A DNA stretch of 64,000 nt, from contig OZ244849.1 in assembly GCA_965220875.1 (NCBI GenBank), positions 1,466,401-1,530,400 on the forward strand, read 5' to 3'. This DNA comes from Gammaproteobacteria bacterium (lineage in GTDB: Bacteria; Pseudomonadota; Gammaproteobacteria; UBA4575). The notes under the pieces are model-generated. The model worked only from the letters and a program-made list of their open reading frames with translations, was not told the DNA's origin and made no database searches. Made by a program: the position numbers and the translations under genes. Below are positions 28,801-38,500 of the stretch, one piece after another (the first letter of the stretch is position 1; each line of letters starts with the position of its first letter).

Positions 28801-29595
28801 ACGAAATTCCAATTTTTCAATAACAGTTTCACCTTTATGGGGTTTGGACCTTTCAAACTGAAACAGCGTGATGCGATGAGGTGGTATTTGCTTATCCTGC
28901 GATGCCTGCCAAATAAACTGGCCAAGGGTACGGTTGCCAAGCTTTTGATCTAACTCGTCAATCGCTGCTAAAACAAGACCTGTTTCTCTTTTCTCCTCCC
29001 CACTCAGGGTGTCCTGATCATCTTTAGGCGTTATGAGGTTCAAGGACTTAATCAGTTCAACATACTTTGCGCCCCGATTGCTGAAATACCCACGTCTGCG
29101 TTGCAAATGCAGTAGCAATCTACCAAACTCGTGAGGCTCCAGTTCTTCTACCAAAGAAAAATTTCGCATGGCATAAGGAGAGCAGTACGCTTTGTCAGTA
29201 ACAGACCATGCCTTGGACCAGGGTTTGCCAAGCTTGCGTTCGGCATATCTTCGGTCGATTTTATTAAGCGCTTTTTCCGGATTTACTTGGTAGTCCTGAG
29301 GTAGCAAACCTTTATTTAGAAGTATGCTTACAAGTTTTTTACGACGTTCTTTGTAATATGCTCGACGGTTGCGGGCACCATGTGCCTCACGGCGTTTTTG
29401 ATTTTTTGGGACCCGTGTTTTGGCCTCCAGCATCTCCAAAAATATGCGAGAGTTCAAAGCGCGCAATGAAACCGGCTGATAGCCGGCATAAATTCCTTGA
29501 TGGTTGCCTTCCTCTAGCTTGCAATCTACAACTGCCCATCCAATAGAACTGGAACCCACATCTAGGCCAAGAATGTAGGAATCTTTGTTTTGCAT
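25852..29595 (-). CDS. cas9: Cas9 (type II-C-like, 1247 aa)
   Basis: RuvC-I ILGLDVGSSSIGWAVV; arginine-rich bridge helix; HNH CPYCQ...EVEHILPYTG...CRSCNDEKG; RQLNDTRYIA and HHAVDAFVVAIT RuvC motifs; no csn2 or cas4 nearby. Confidence 0.9.
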   Translation of the reverse strand: MQNKDSYILGLDVGSSSIGWAVVDCKLEEGNHQGIYAGYQPVSLRALNSRIFLEMLEAKTRVPKNQKRREAHGARNRRAYYKERRKKLVSILLNKGLLPQDYQVNPEKALNKIDRRYAERKLGKPWSKAWSVTDKAYCSPYAMRNFSLVEELEPHEFGRLLLHLQRRRGYFSNRGAKYVELIKSLNLITPKDDQDTLSGEEKRETGLVLAAIDELDQKLGNRTLGQFIWQASQDKQIPPHRITLFQFERSKPHKGETVIEKLEFRASREMYEREFDAIWEKQHSFQHFSEDESTRIKDAIFDQRPLQLQKSTVGNCSIYPKKKRTTVMRLEFQEFRTLQVINNIQIGEKPLTAEQREQLTNLADDPERLNRQGRISWKEVARALDVKVKDLNYGESRDDGAGKNGLIGNRTAQAVSHSIGIRAWQQLGKEKQTKLVEDLHTMHNKKTLYDRLVKYWKFPSYLPNRDHEKGALGLAVNEQLEDGYSKYSLKAINELLPHLRDGMDLYAAVKQIGQIESITKIQKATNEGYLLKIEDVPNIANPTVQKALYEIRRVVNAIVKHYGKPAIIRIEMAREMKSSKRHRAEIASQQNQNRKRNEDAEEEILKHYKTGSIGINLEGVRGGVACRISPDDRSKYKMWKEQDEQCPYCQKLIGIGQLFSGGAEVEHILPYTGFRQNYMNTLVSCRSCNDEKGKQTPYEAWGHNENRWQHIEKFAKEKFGKDQNLRKRNNLLKKAHCPESESDFVNRQLNDTRYIATASKKMLEKYGVPIDVNNGAATSELRRRLGLNSVLPRKPDSGVYIETGKEIDTETGEILQYSADKAEKSEKSRHDHRHHAVDAFVVAITDRAMLKSMIEAHKKEQDKKFLPHRTTKEDWIKKNRLRLSTSWEDSHDLHSLLSNRLNTTVVSHMIKRKVWGALHEETNYGKSYFDQCLNIESMRSNILKKVQQIAQAEPDGDGGSCILDEDLRSVLLHWAAEVKKLKPTDRTLPRWKGKELTKIIYQTPCVTCRKELTAEYLSKLSRNWTPGTGTWVVEKSIHDALFYWLEINNLVGEKSSTIKAKLDKTPPRVLDKRGNPSTPILKARIARPMTKSYIKTGNSYVLSGSNHHMIIFHNGQEGTNKERRFQIITMLEAAKRASAGKPVIVKEPPSELEGWYYELDLCINDMVYCEDMSIFKDMNKFAPEHAETPYFRVQKMSGSGDKRIDLFLRHHSVSGTESDWGMWRITSLDKLNCRKVELGNLGLLSSA

Positions 29596-29624
29596 TTTTT
29601 GAATTTAGGTACTAATATGTGGGG

Positions 29625-29732
29625 TACTAAATAGTGTATCTGAACTAAGCCTGCTCGTTTTTTACAACAAAATTCTAGCAGGATATGTCTTTTATGACTA
29701 AACCTTAACGCCTCTCAATGGGGCGTTTTTAG
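29625..29732 (+). ncRNA. Candidate tracrRNA (anti-repeat + intrinsic terminator), divergent from cas9
   Basis: 29633-29668 AGTGTATCTGAACTAAGCCTGCTCGTTTTTTACAAC is complementary over about 30 of 36 positions (including G-U pairs) to the CRISPR repeat; hairpin CGCCTC-TCAAT-GGGGCG followed by TTTTT at 29709-29730. Confidence 0.6.
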
Positions 29733-30979
29733 TTTTAGGCAACTTGAATTTTAGAGGCCACCCTTTTTGGTACCGCATTGAGTACGAATCTGGCGGACTA
29801 TGCAGCCTTCAATGCCACATAATTACTGGACGTGATTATCCCCTGAAAACAAGTACAACTGTATTATGTGATTTTGCGATCATCCGAGGATAGCCGATGA
29901 CAGCGAGTTTCGCACCTACTTCTGTATTGAACAAGTACTGTGATTTGTGGGTCACTTGTAATCCTGCGCGTGGTGAGTAAGTCTATACTCAGTATGGGTG
30001 TTATGAGCATGATTCCCTGTTCATGCAAGCCCTAGGTAAAAAGGCACCCGAAAATACATTTTCATTCCTTGGGATACAGGCCATCGCTACTGGATAGTAG
30101 AGGCCAAGTCTACCTATCGTAGCTTTTCTCTAAGCCTTGGGAGAGGCACAAGACTACTCTGACAAAGTGAATCAACTTGGAGTTGGGCTCAGCAAGATTT
30201 GCCACTGAAATTGCAGGCACGATCAGTCTTTTTATGTAACTATTGCTTATTGGAATGGTAAAGAATGGCTTGAAGTTGCCATCAATAATTACGAAACCAC
30301 AGGCTTTCATACTCTAGACCAGTGCCTGAACATTCTGGACAGGAACAGCAACATTCTACCTCTTTTCGATGATGAGCCAGACAGGTTCTTGCGTAATGTA
30401 AACGCTATAAATCAGACCTTGCATGACAATGAAGTGCCAGCAAGAACAGGGCAAGCGTTATGGCAGCTCTATTGCTAGCAGTAGTGCAAGACGGGAAATT
30501 TACGTATCCATGCTAAGCTTAAGATTACTAATTCCGTAGTCAAATCAGGTGTACAGGCAGCTTGAATTGTCAGCCACTCTGCTGCTTGTATTGATCACTT
30601 CCTTACCGTCTTGGGCTGAAACTCTAAGGGATTTGCCCGAGTTAATACTCGTCTGATACGGCGGAAAATACTGGACTGTACATGTCCTGAGAGGACAGTA
30701 GTGGCTATCGCACCCAGACTGGCAAACGCCCTATTGCATCAACACAGAAGGCTGTTGCCATTGCTTCAGACCGAAATGATGAACGGGGCTCTTATTTCTT
30801 TTGATCACCTAGCAGGACTCACCGCTAAAGGTGGTGAATATGTGCGGAATCCTAAGAGCTTGCTTTGGTCTAAAGCGTTGCGAGAACTGAGAGATCAAGG
30901 CATTAGTAGTAACGACAGCAACGTTGATTGAGTATATCCCTGTCTTGATTTCTAAACTCTTAGACGTCAAATAAAAATT

Positions 30980-31432
30980 TTGGAACCTTTAGATATAATC
31001 CCCTTTGAAAACAACAAAGGAGTAACAAAAATAATGATAGCTAACTGGAAAAATGTACTGCTGCGAAAAATGGTTTTGCAGATATGCTCAATTTACGGAG
31101 ACGGCCATGCGTTCCTTGGTGAGAGCTTCTGTGAAGATGAGTTCGGAATGGTGAAGTCACAGACAGGCAGGGAGGGGATAGACGGGTATATTCGGCATTT
31201 GGCAGTTCAGGTAAAGCTTAAGTGGGTTACTCAAGAAAACCTGTCCAGTCGGTATGTCACCATAAAACCTGATGCGGGCTTTGACGTATTGATTGTCTGT
31301 AAAAACGGCGCCGAGGGCGATGTAGAGTTGTTTGGTGCATGGGAAAAGCAACAAGTAGAAGCTGTCAGAAAGCCTAATACCAACAGGATAAACCTCAAGG
31401 ACCTCGCACAGCTTAATTGCTTTCAGTTATAG
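30980..31432 (+). CDS. Hypothetical protein, PD-(D/E)xK-like (paralog of 40957-41376)
   Basis: 150 aa; GESFCEDEFGMVKSQTG...DGYIRHLAVQVKLKW...DVLIVCKNG motif block shared with the 40957 ORF. Confidence 0.5.
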   Translation: MEPLDIIPFENNKGVTKIMIANWKNVLLRKMVLQICSIYGDGHAFLGESFCEDEFGMVKSQTGREGIDGYIRHLAVQVKLKWVTQENLSSRYVTIKPDAGFDVLIVCKNGAEGDVELFGAWEKQQVEAVRKPNTNRINLKDLAQLNCFQL

Positions 31433-31471
31433 GATTCGCCATGAAAGATAATTCATATCCTCTGTACATTG

Positions 31472-31798
31472 CTAAGCGTCGCTTTGATGCGTTATTTGAG
31501 GCAATGGTCGTCCGAGGCCGGTCACCAGATCGTCGAAAATCGAACCCGGCTGTTCGCGACGGTTGTAGCGGTAGTTGAACTCTTTCATGTGCTTCCAAAG
31601 GTGCTGCTTCGAAACGTGTACATGCGTCCCCCGAATTGAAAACTTTAAACGCGACCAGAAAGTTTCAATCGAATTAACATGAACATCACTCCTTGCAATA
31701 CATGCATGGTTAAGTGGTGATAGGTGTTCTGAGCTGTACTGTAGCGGTTTGTCCGATGACGATGAAATCACCGCCGAGTATTGCCGGACCATGCACAC
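31472..31798 (-). pseudogene. IS1595-family transposase C-terminal fragment
   Basis: HVNSIETFWSRLKFSIRGTHVHVSK...YRYNRR matches the transposase C-terminus; the N-terminal half is missing where high-GC DNA begins. Confidence 0.7.
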
Positions 31799-31969
31799 AA
31801 TGGACAGGGCCTGTGTGCTAGTCTAAATCTGGTTGTTTATCCATTGAGGTTTGACAGGTGAGACCGTAGACTTTGTCATGACTTGCTCGCATGCCAGCCT
31901 GTGTAGAAGGTTATCGCGTTCATGCATCTGGCACGAGCTACATCATCCCAGTACTTTTCGGGAAAGCCG

Positions 31970-33151
31970 ATGCTGACATTTACAGAGGAACTCTTGCTCA
32001 TGCTGGGGGATGAGGAGGGCCTGTTTCTTCCCGTCAAGGAACATGCCTTTGAATGTGCACTGGCCGGTGCCATCCTGATGGATCTTGCCTTCGCATTTCG
32101 TATTGACACAGACCTGCAGGCACTCGTGGTCACCGACCCCACCCCTACGGGCAATCCCATGCTCGATTATGTGCTGGCAAAGATTGTTGCCCGCACGGAC
32201 ATTACAGACACCCCGACCTGGATCCGGGTCTTGGCCACCGAGGATGCCGCAGTGATTCGTGAGCAGGCCCTGGATGGCCTAGTGGGGCACCGCATCCTGA
32301 AAAGGCAGCACAACCGCTTTCTGGGGGTGTTTCGCTCCACCTGCTATCCCACCCTGGATGACCGGCCCGTGCAGGCGATCAAGTCACGCATCGAGGCAGT
32401 CGTCTCCGATGACATTCCGGACCCGCGGGACGTGGCCCTGATCTCCCTGGTGGACGCCTGCCAGATTCTCCCTGACCTGTTTCCCAAGTGGGAGGCGGAA
32501 CGCACCAACTCCCGGCTTGATCTGTTGCGCAGGATGGACCTGATCGGTCGCGAGCTCACCGGCACCATCACCGAAATCCAGAGCCGGATCATCCGTGCGG
32601 CACGCGCCCAGGCAGAACGCTTCAGGAAGACCCTACTAAGCCTGGCTGCGGTGGGCAGCGCGGCCACGATCGCAACCCTGCTGGTGCCGAGTATCGGGGT
32701 TCCGGACCGCTGGGGTCCTTCGCTCCCCGGGCTGCTCTGGTTCGACGGGTTCTGGAAGCAGTTCAGCGGCTACCTGCTGCTTGCACTCAGCATGGCCGGG
32801 CTGACAGTCGCGGTCACAATCAAGAAGCAGCTGCTGGCCTGGGTCTCGGGTTCACATCGCTGGAGGCTTTCCCACATCGTACTCGGCCTCGGCTGTGTAT
32901 TCATCCTCTTCATGCACACGGGATTTCGCCTGGGCAGCAATCTGAATGCCGCGCTGATGGGCAGTTACCTCACCGTGCTGCTGTCGGGCACGCTGGTCGG
33001 CGTGGTGGTCGGGGCAGCGCCGCGACTCAAGCAGATGGGCCTGCACAGGATCGGCCCGGCCCGGCGCACCCTGCTTTGGGTCCATGCCCTGGCGACTTGC
33101 CTGCTGCCGGCCCTGCTCATCGTTCACGTACTGTCCGTGTATCTCTACTAG
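31970..33151 (+). CDS. GPP34/GOLPH3-like domain protein with C-terminal multi-TM domain
   Basis: MLTFTEELLLMLGDEEG N-terminus resembles GPP34-family proteins; 4-5 C-terminal TM helices; about 65% GC. Confidence 0.5.
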   Translation: MLTFTEELLLMLGDEEGLFLPVKEHAFECALAGAILMDLAFAFRIDTDLQALVVTDPTPTGNPMLDYVLAKIVARTDITDTPTWIRVLATEDAAVIREQALDGLVGHRILKRQHNRFLGVFRSTCYPTLDDRPVQAIKSRIEAVVSDDIPDPRDVALISLVDACQILPDLFPKWEAERTNSRLDLLRRMDLIGRELTGTITEIQSRIIRAARAQAERFRKTLLSLAAVGSAATIATLLVPSIGVPDRWGPSLPGLLWFDGFWKQFSGYLLLALSMAGLTVAVTIKKQLLAWVSGSHRWRLSHIVLGLGCVFILFMHTGFRLGSNLNAALMGSYLTVLLSGTLVGVVVGAAPRLKQMGLHRIGPARRTLLWVHALATCLLPALLIVHVLSVYLY

Positions 33152-33161
33152 GAAGCATCGC

Positions 33162-34634
33162 ATGGTTCGCAGGCTCATGCAGGCTGTGCTGGTGATGACC
33201 CTGCTGGGTGCCGCGTACGTGATCGTGACGATGACTATCGCCGGAGACCGGCGCCTGCTGCTGAGCGGCCAGACCACCGGTGCCCACCACCAGCTGGAGA
33301 TGGCTTGCGAGACCTGTCATGGCAACTCCGCATTCGCCGGCGAGCAGGCTGCAGTAAAGGTGCTGAACCGGAATTGCAGGAAGTGCCACGAGGATGAACT
33401 GAAGGTGGCCAAGGACAGCCACTCGCGCAAGCGCTTTCGCAACCCGCGCATGGCGGAGTACTGGGGTATTCTCGATGCGCGGCGTTGCACTACCTGTCAT
33501 ATCGAGCACCGCCCGGAGATCACGCGAGCCAGTGCAGTCACGGTCCCGATGGACTTTTGCGTGGCCTGCCACTCGCAAGGCGAGCAGGACATCCGAACGA
33601 CCCGCGCCAGTCATGCCGGGCTGGACTTTGCCACCTGCGCATCGGCAGGTTGTCACAACTTCCACGACAACCGTGCACTCTTCGAGGACTTCCTGCTTGC
33701 TCATGCCGGCCAGTCCGAGCCTGAACGACCCGTTGTGCATGGGTTGTCTGCACGTTACTTAGCCCGGCCAGTGTCGGTCGACGAGGCCCTGGGACGAGGG
33801 GATGCCATTGCACCGCCTGCAGCACTTGCCGAACCGGGCGCACTGGATCACTGGGTGGATTCCGGCCATGCTCAGGCCGGGATCAACTGCACGAGCTGTC
33901 ATGTGCCCAAGCCTGTCAGGGATGCGCTGAACGTCGAGGCGTTGACACACTGGATCGATGTGCCGGAGACGGGGGTGTGCATGGAGTGCCACAAGCCGCA
34001 GGCTCGTACGTTTGTCCGGGGGCGCCACGGCATGCGCCAGCATCCCCGCATCGCAAAACCCAGGGATGCGGGCCGGGGGCTCACCCGGGTCGTACCTGCA
34101 TGGATGAGTCGCTGGCTCAACGACCCGGCCCTGCCCGTTGTGATGACCGTGGGTGAGGCGCGCCTGCCGATGCGCGCCGATGCAGACCCCTCCACGACAC
34201 TCAATTGCAGTACCTGTCACCGCGCACATGCCCTCGATACGGTACGTGCAGCGGCGGAGGCCTGTGCCTCCTGTCACGATGATGCGCATACTCGCAACTA
34301 TTTTGAAAGCCCACACTATGTGCTGTGGCAGCTGGAGCAGGTAGGCGGGGCACCGCCCGGTAGTGGTGTCAGTTGTGCAAGCTGTCACATGCCGAAGCTC
34401 GAACACCGCAGGCAGGTGCTTACCACCCACAACCAGAATGACAACCTGCGGCCCAACGAAAAAATGATACGGTCAGTTTGCCTGGACTGTCACAGCCTCG
34501 GCTTCTCACTGAATGCACTTGCCGATGTCGAACTCATCCGGCAGAACTTTACAGGCAAACCCAAGGTCCACGTACAAAGCATCGACTGGGCCATTGCACG
34601 CAGCCTGTCAAAGCCCGGTACGCCGGAGGACTGA
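33162..34634 (+). CDS. Multiheme cytochrome c (at least 10 CxxCH motifs)
   Basis: CETCH, CRKCH, CTTCH, CVACH, CTSCH, CMECH, CSTCH, CASCH x2, CLDCH plus CASAGCH; N-terminal TM anchor; RBS GGAAG upstream. Confidence 0.8.
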   Translation: MVRRLMQAVLVMTLLGAAYVIVTMTIAGDRRLLLSGQTTGAHHQLEMACETCHGNSAFAGEQAAVKVLNRNCRKCHEDELKVAKDSHSRKRFRNPRMAEYWGILDARRCTTCHIEHRPEITRASAVTVPMDFCVACHSQGEQDIRTTRASHAGLDFATCASAGCHNFHDNRALFEDFLLAHAGQSEPERPVVHGLSARYLARPVSVDEALGRGDAIAPPAALAEPGALDHWVDSGHAQAGINCTSCHVPKPVRDALNVEALTHWIDVPETGVCMECHKPQARTFVRGRHGMRQHPRIAKPRDAGRGLTRVVPAWMSRWLNDPALPVVMTVGEARLPMRADADPSTTLNCSTCHRAHALDTVRAAAEACASCHDDAHTRNYFESPHYVLWQLEQVGGAPPGSGVSCASCHMPKLEHRRQVLTTHNQNDNLRPNEKMIRSVCLDCHSLGFSLNALADVELIRQNFTGKPKVHVQSIDWAIARSLSKPGTPED

Positions 34635-34767
34635 TGGATGGTCGTACTCTGTGCGCTATTTGAAATTGCACGGCAATTTCAGTAATAATGTATCTTCAGT
34701 AGCAGACAGGGAATGGTAGATCACGAAGAAAATTGCAGCGCTGGCCGGGTTTTTATGGGGGATTGGT

Positions 34768-35286
34768 GTGGCTATGACAGCTGTTGCAGCCTCCGAAGGC
34801 ATACCCTACGCGAAGGTCGCCGACATGCTCTACCAGGTGATGTCGGCCAACCGCGAGGTCTACACCCGTGTCGTGGTCCAGCGTCTTACCGTGGATGAGA
34901 AAATCCTGACTGCATCGGAGCACTTCGAGGATGATGCAGCTCTGCCCCTGCCGTCACAGATGTTTCGATTTGTGGCCGAGGAAGTGTTGGACAACACGGA
35001 AGACTTCTCCTATTCACTGCTGTCCCTGCACCCGATTAACAAGAAAAACGGGCCTGCCACGGAGTTGGAGCGACAGGGGCTTGAACATGTTGCCAATGCA
35101 CCAGGAGAAAACTTTTACGGCGAAGAGGAACTCGGTGGTGAGCGCTATTTCAGTGCTGTGTATCCTGATTATGCGGTCGTTGAAGCTTGTGTCCAGTGCC
35201 ACAACAACCACAAGGATTCCCCGCGCAAGGATCTCAGCGAAGGTGAAGTCATGGGGGGTGTAGTCATTCGTATTCCTATGGACTGA
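34768..35286 (+). CDS. DUF3365-like c-type heme protein (CVQCHNNH)
   Basis: Single C-terminal CxxCH; the frame stays open upstream to 34720 encoding a signal-peptide-like KKIAALAGFLWGIGVAMTAVAA without an ATG, so the true start is uncertain. Confidence 0.55.
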   Translation: MAMTAVAASEGIPYAKVADMLYQVMSANREVYTRVVVQRLTVDEKILTASEHFEDDAALPLPSQMFRFVAEEVLDNTEDFSYSLLSLHPINKKNGPATELERQGLEHVANAPGENFYGEEELGGERYFSAVYPDYAVVEACVQCHNNHKDSPRKDLSEGEVMGGVVIRIPMD

Positions 35287-35545
35287 CGGGTATATCTGAT
35301 TAGTCTGTAATAATCCACAGGACTCATCGGAGTCTCACACTCCCTCTAGAACTGCAGTGACCGCTGGGATCAATATAAGTACACACCAGCCAGCAAGTAA
35401 CAGTCTGCGGCCCACCGAGTCATCTAGGCTTACACGAAACACTACCAGACAATCTTCCGCAGCCGAAATTCCAATGAAACATGTGGTCGCCCTGCCCTAA
35501 AGACGTTCGCAGGCTCATTGCCAAGCCAGTCGAGGCAACTCTCCC

Positions 35546-38500
35546 ATGAGGAGGTTTCCAGCAGTCCGACATTATTGCTGTAAAACACACTTTTTTGAGG
35601 TGTATACCTGGAAGGGTTTGTGTGTCCTGACGGTTCTTGGCCTAGCTACCCTGTCCATGGCCGGTAGCGATGCCTTTGCGGCTGCCGTGTGCAGCAACAC
35701 ACCTGGCGCAGGGAATCATATTCAATGTGAAGAACCAGCAACATCGACCAGCGATATAGATATTGATGCGGTGGGTGTCGATATCGACTTGACTGGGAGT
35801 GGCGTCTCCACTGCGGGGGTGCAAGCTGTGCATACAGGCAGCGGGGATGTGGATATCAGCATCAGCGGTGCGACAACCAACATGATGACCACTCCATCAA
35901 TGATCGACACGACAGGAAGCAATACTTTCGGTGTCCGTGGCACGCTGGTCGGCGAAGGCACCCTCACTTTCTCACTGGAAGATACCGAAATCCGAACACA
36001 GGGTACTGGCTCCATAGGACTGGGGGCCCGGCATATGGGCAACGGCCATCTCAAAGTGGACTTGAGGAACGGTGTCGTGATCGATACCCAGGGAGGCGGC
36101 AGCGCAATCGGTGTCAGGATGGTGCAGCAGAATACCGCTGCAAACCAAATGAACGACGTCACCTTTCTGGCCGAGGAAATTTCCGTTACTACTGCAGGGA
36201 GCCGAGGGTACGGCCTTTTTGCCACTCGAGAGGGCGGTCCCGGCAATATCCACATGACGGTCAGGGACAGTACGGTCATGACCCAAGGTAACATGGGGTT
36301 AGGCGTATTTGGCCAGCATTCCGGTACAGGCGACACAACGATCACCCTGGTCTGTACGGACTCCCCTGCAGTTCGCTGTGAGATCACGACCCCGGGGACC
36401 CAGGGACACGGCGTGCAAAGCTGGCATCATGCTAGCTCCAGCGGCGACATCCGGATCAAGGTACAGGGCAACTACGACATCCGAGCGGGGAGCACAGCTA
36501 CCAACAACGCCTACGGCATATACGGGCTGCATCAGGGTACCGGAAATATCGATATCGACCTGCAGGGCGGTGCCATCACCACCACCGGGGCTTCTTCCCA
36601 CGGCATTCATGGGTGAAAATTCACAGGAGCCCGGGGCAATGTCGACATCGACGTGCAGGGTGGTTCCATCACCACGGCAGGAACAGCTGCCCACGGCGCC
36701 TATGGGGCGCACCAGGGTACCGGAAATATCGATATCGACCTGCAGGGCGGTGCCATCACCACGGCAGGAACCACTTCCTACGGCGTCTACGGCTTGCATA
36801 CTGGATCCGGCAACATCAACCTCGCTACGGAAGGCGGTCATGGAGTTACCACACAAGGCTCCAATGGGCACGGCATCGTGGCCCTTCATTTGGGGAGAGC
36901 GACATCGGGACGCAATATCGACATCACGGTGGGCAGTCCGACCCGGCTGGGTGGTTTTATCAGGACAAGCGGCACAGGTGCCCGGGGTGTGCATGTAGGT
37001 GGCCTCAGCAATGGCGCACCGATCCGCGTGGCGGCCCGCGGTGCCGATGGCTTTTTGCAGCAGACGGTGCGGGTCAACCGGTCGATCACCAGCGCGGCCG
37101 AGGGGGTGTACCTGGCCGGGGGCGGCAAGGTCATCATCGGCCCTTCGGGCAGCATCGACTCGGACCTGGACATCGCCATCCTGGCCACCGGCACGGTCCC
37201 GGAAGATACCAGTGACATGAACAACGTGATCCCGGCTATCCCGCCCAAGCTGAGGGTGGACCTGAACCCCAGCGGGCAGCGCATGACAGGAGAGGACGGC
37301 TGGCTGGCCCAGGCCCTGGGCGGGGGCTGGATTCTCAACGAAGGTGGCGAGACCACGATTGCGGTCCACAATGTGGTGCTGCATGAGGGGGCGACGGGCG
37401 TCGTCCCCGGTGCGGTGGCCCGCAACGGTGCCTGGAACGTCACGATGCTGTCGGATGGGGTGACGGTGGCCCGCAGCACGGACCCGTTCACCGCCAGCAT
37501 GCGCACCGCAAATGTCTTCGCCGATCGCGATTTCTCTGAAGATGACTTCATGGAGCAGGTGCTCGCCTGCCTGGCAGGCCAGACCGGAACGCCCCCCAAC
37601 TGCATGGACCCTGATCCAGAACCCGATCCTGATCCTGAACCCGAACCAGAGCCCATGCCAGAACCCGATCCTGATCCTGAACCCGATCCTGATCCTGAAC
37701 CCGAACCAGAGCCCATGCCAGAACCCGATCCTGATCCTGAACCCGATCCTGATCCTGAACCCGAACCAGAGCCCATGCCAGAACCCGATCCTGATCCTGA
37801 ACCCGAACCAGAGCCTTCTGGCTCGGTGCTGATGGAGGACTATGCACCCCGTGCCGCCCTCTACGAGGCCCTGCCGAGCTTCCTGCTCGGCCTGCATACC
37901 GACCGCTGGCCGGGCCACCCCCCCTCGGCACCTGTCTGGATGGCCCTGTCAGGGACTACAGGAGACCAGGACTTTGATAACTCTACCGTAGACGTAGAGT
38001 TCGATACCGAACACCAGGTTTTTCAACTGGGGACTACCTTTGTACAGGACCCGCACTGGACCCTGCAGGCCACCCTGCACCATGTATCCGGTTCTGCGGA
38101 TGTCTCTTCTCCCGTACAGGGCGGAGACATTGATGCCGAAGGCCAAGGGATATCCCTTGCAACCCAATGGACCCGTGGTGGAGGTACCTATGCGAGGGGG
38201 AGGGTCGCCTGGACTGAATATGAGCTGGACATTGACTCCGAGGAAGTCGGGCGTCTGGTCTCTTCGCTGGATGCCGAGCGTCTTGCGATACAGCTTGAGG
38301 CTGGCCATCGGATGCCTTGGGGCGCCCGGGTTCACTGGACCCCGCATATCCGTCTTTCGCATACCCAAGTATCCATTGACCGCTTTACCGACCGTGTCGG
38401 GGCTCGGGTATCCTTTTCGGATGAGGAGCGTTCCAGTGCAGCCCTTGGCATCATGACCGATACCACGCGAAGTGCAGGGGGCGGTGAGCTTTCAATACGG

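Noticed and set aside
25852-29595. Whether the large nuclease could instead be IscB/TnpB or a Cas12
   Set aside because: The protein has RuvC-I at the extreme N-terminus, an Arg-rich bridge helix and an internal HNH between RuvC-II and RuvC-III. It sits with cas1-cas2 and an array that has a matching anti-repeat, which is the Cas9 architecture.
29633-29668. Anti-repeat read on the minus strand as part of the cas9 5' UTR (a repeat-like element in the cas9 leader)
   Set aside because: Possible, but the plus-strand reading is followed by a clean intrinsic terminator about 40 nt downstream, whereas the minus-strand reading runs straight into the cas9 ATG; the plus-strand tracrRNA is favoured and left flagged for experimental check.
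10981-31900. Whether the low-GC block is a prophage
   Set aside because: No capsid, terminase, portal, tail or integrase genes; the content is IS elements, CRISPR-Cas, TA, nucleases and MTases, i.e. a defense/accessory island rather than a phage.
36614-36616. In-frame TGA in the autotransporter as selenocysteine or recoded codon
   Set aside because: No SECIS-like context and no reason for Sec in a passenger repeat; neighbouring repeats carry ordinary residues at this position. Nonsense mutation or sequencing error is more parsimonious.
37609-37815. 60-bp tandem repeats considered as a possible second CRISPR array
   Set aside because: The copies are directly adjacent with no spacers, lie in frame inside a coding sequence and encode a PEPDPD linker.
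36299-37918. 539-aa minus-strand ORF and other overlapping ORFs within the autotransporter region
   Set aside because: Antisense to the repetitive high-GC passenger domain; the translation is repeat-driven (RIRIGF...) with no independent support.
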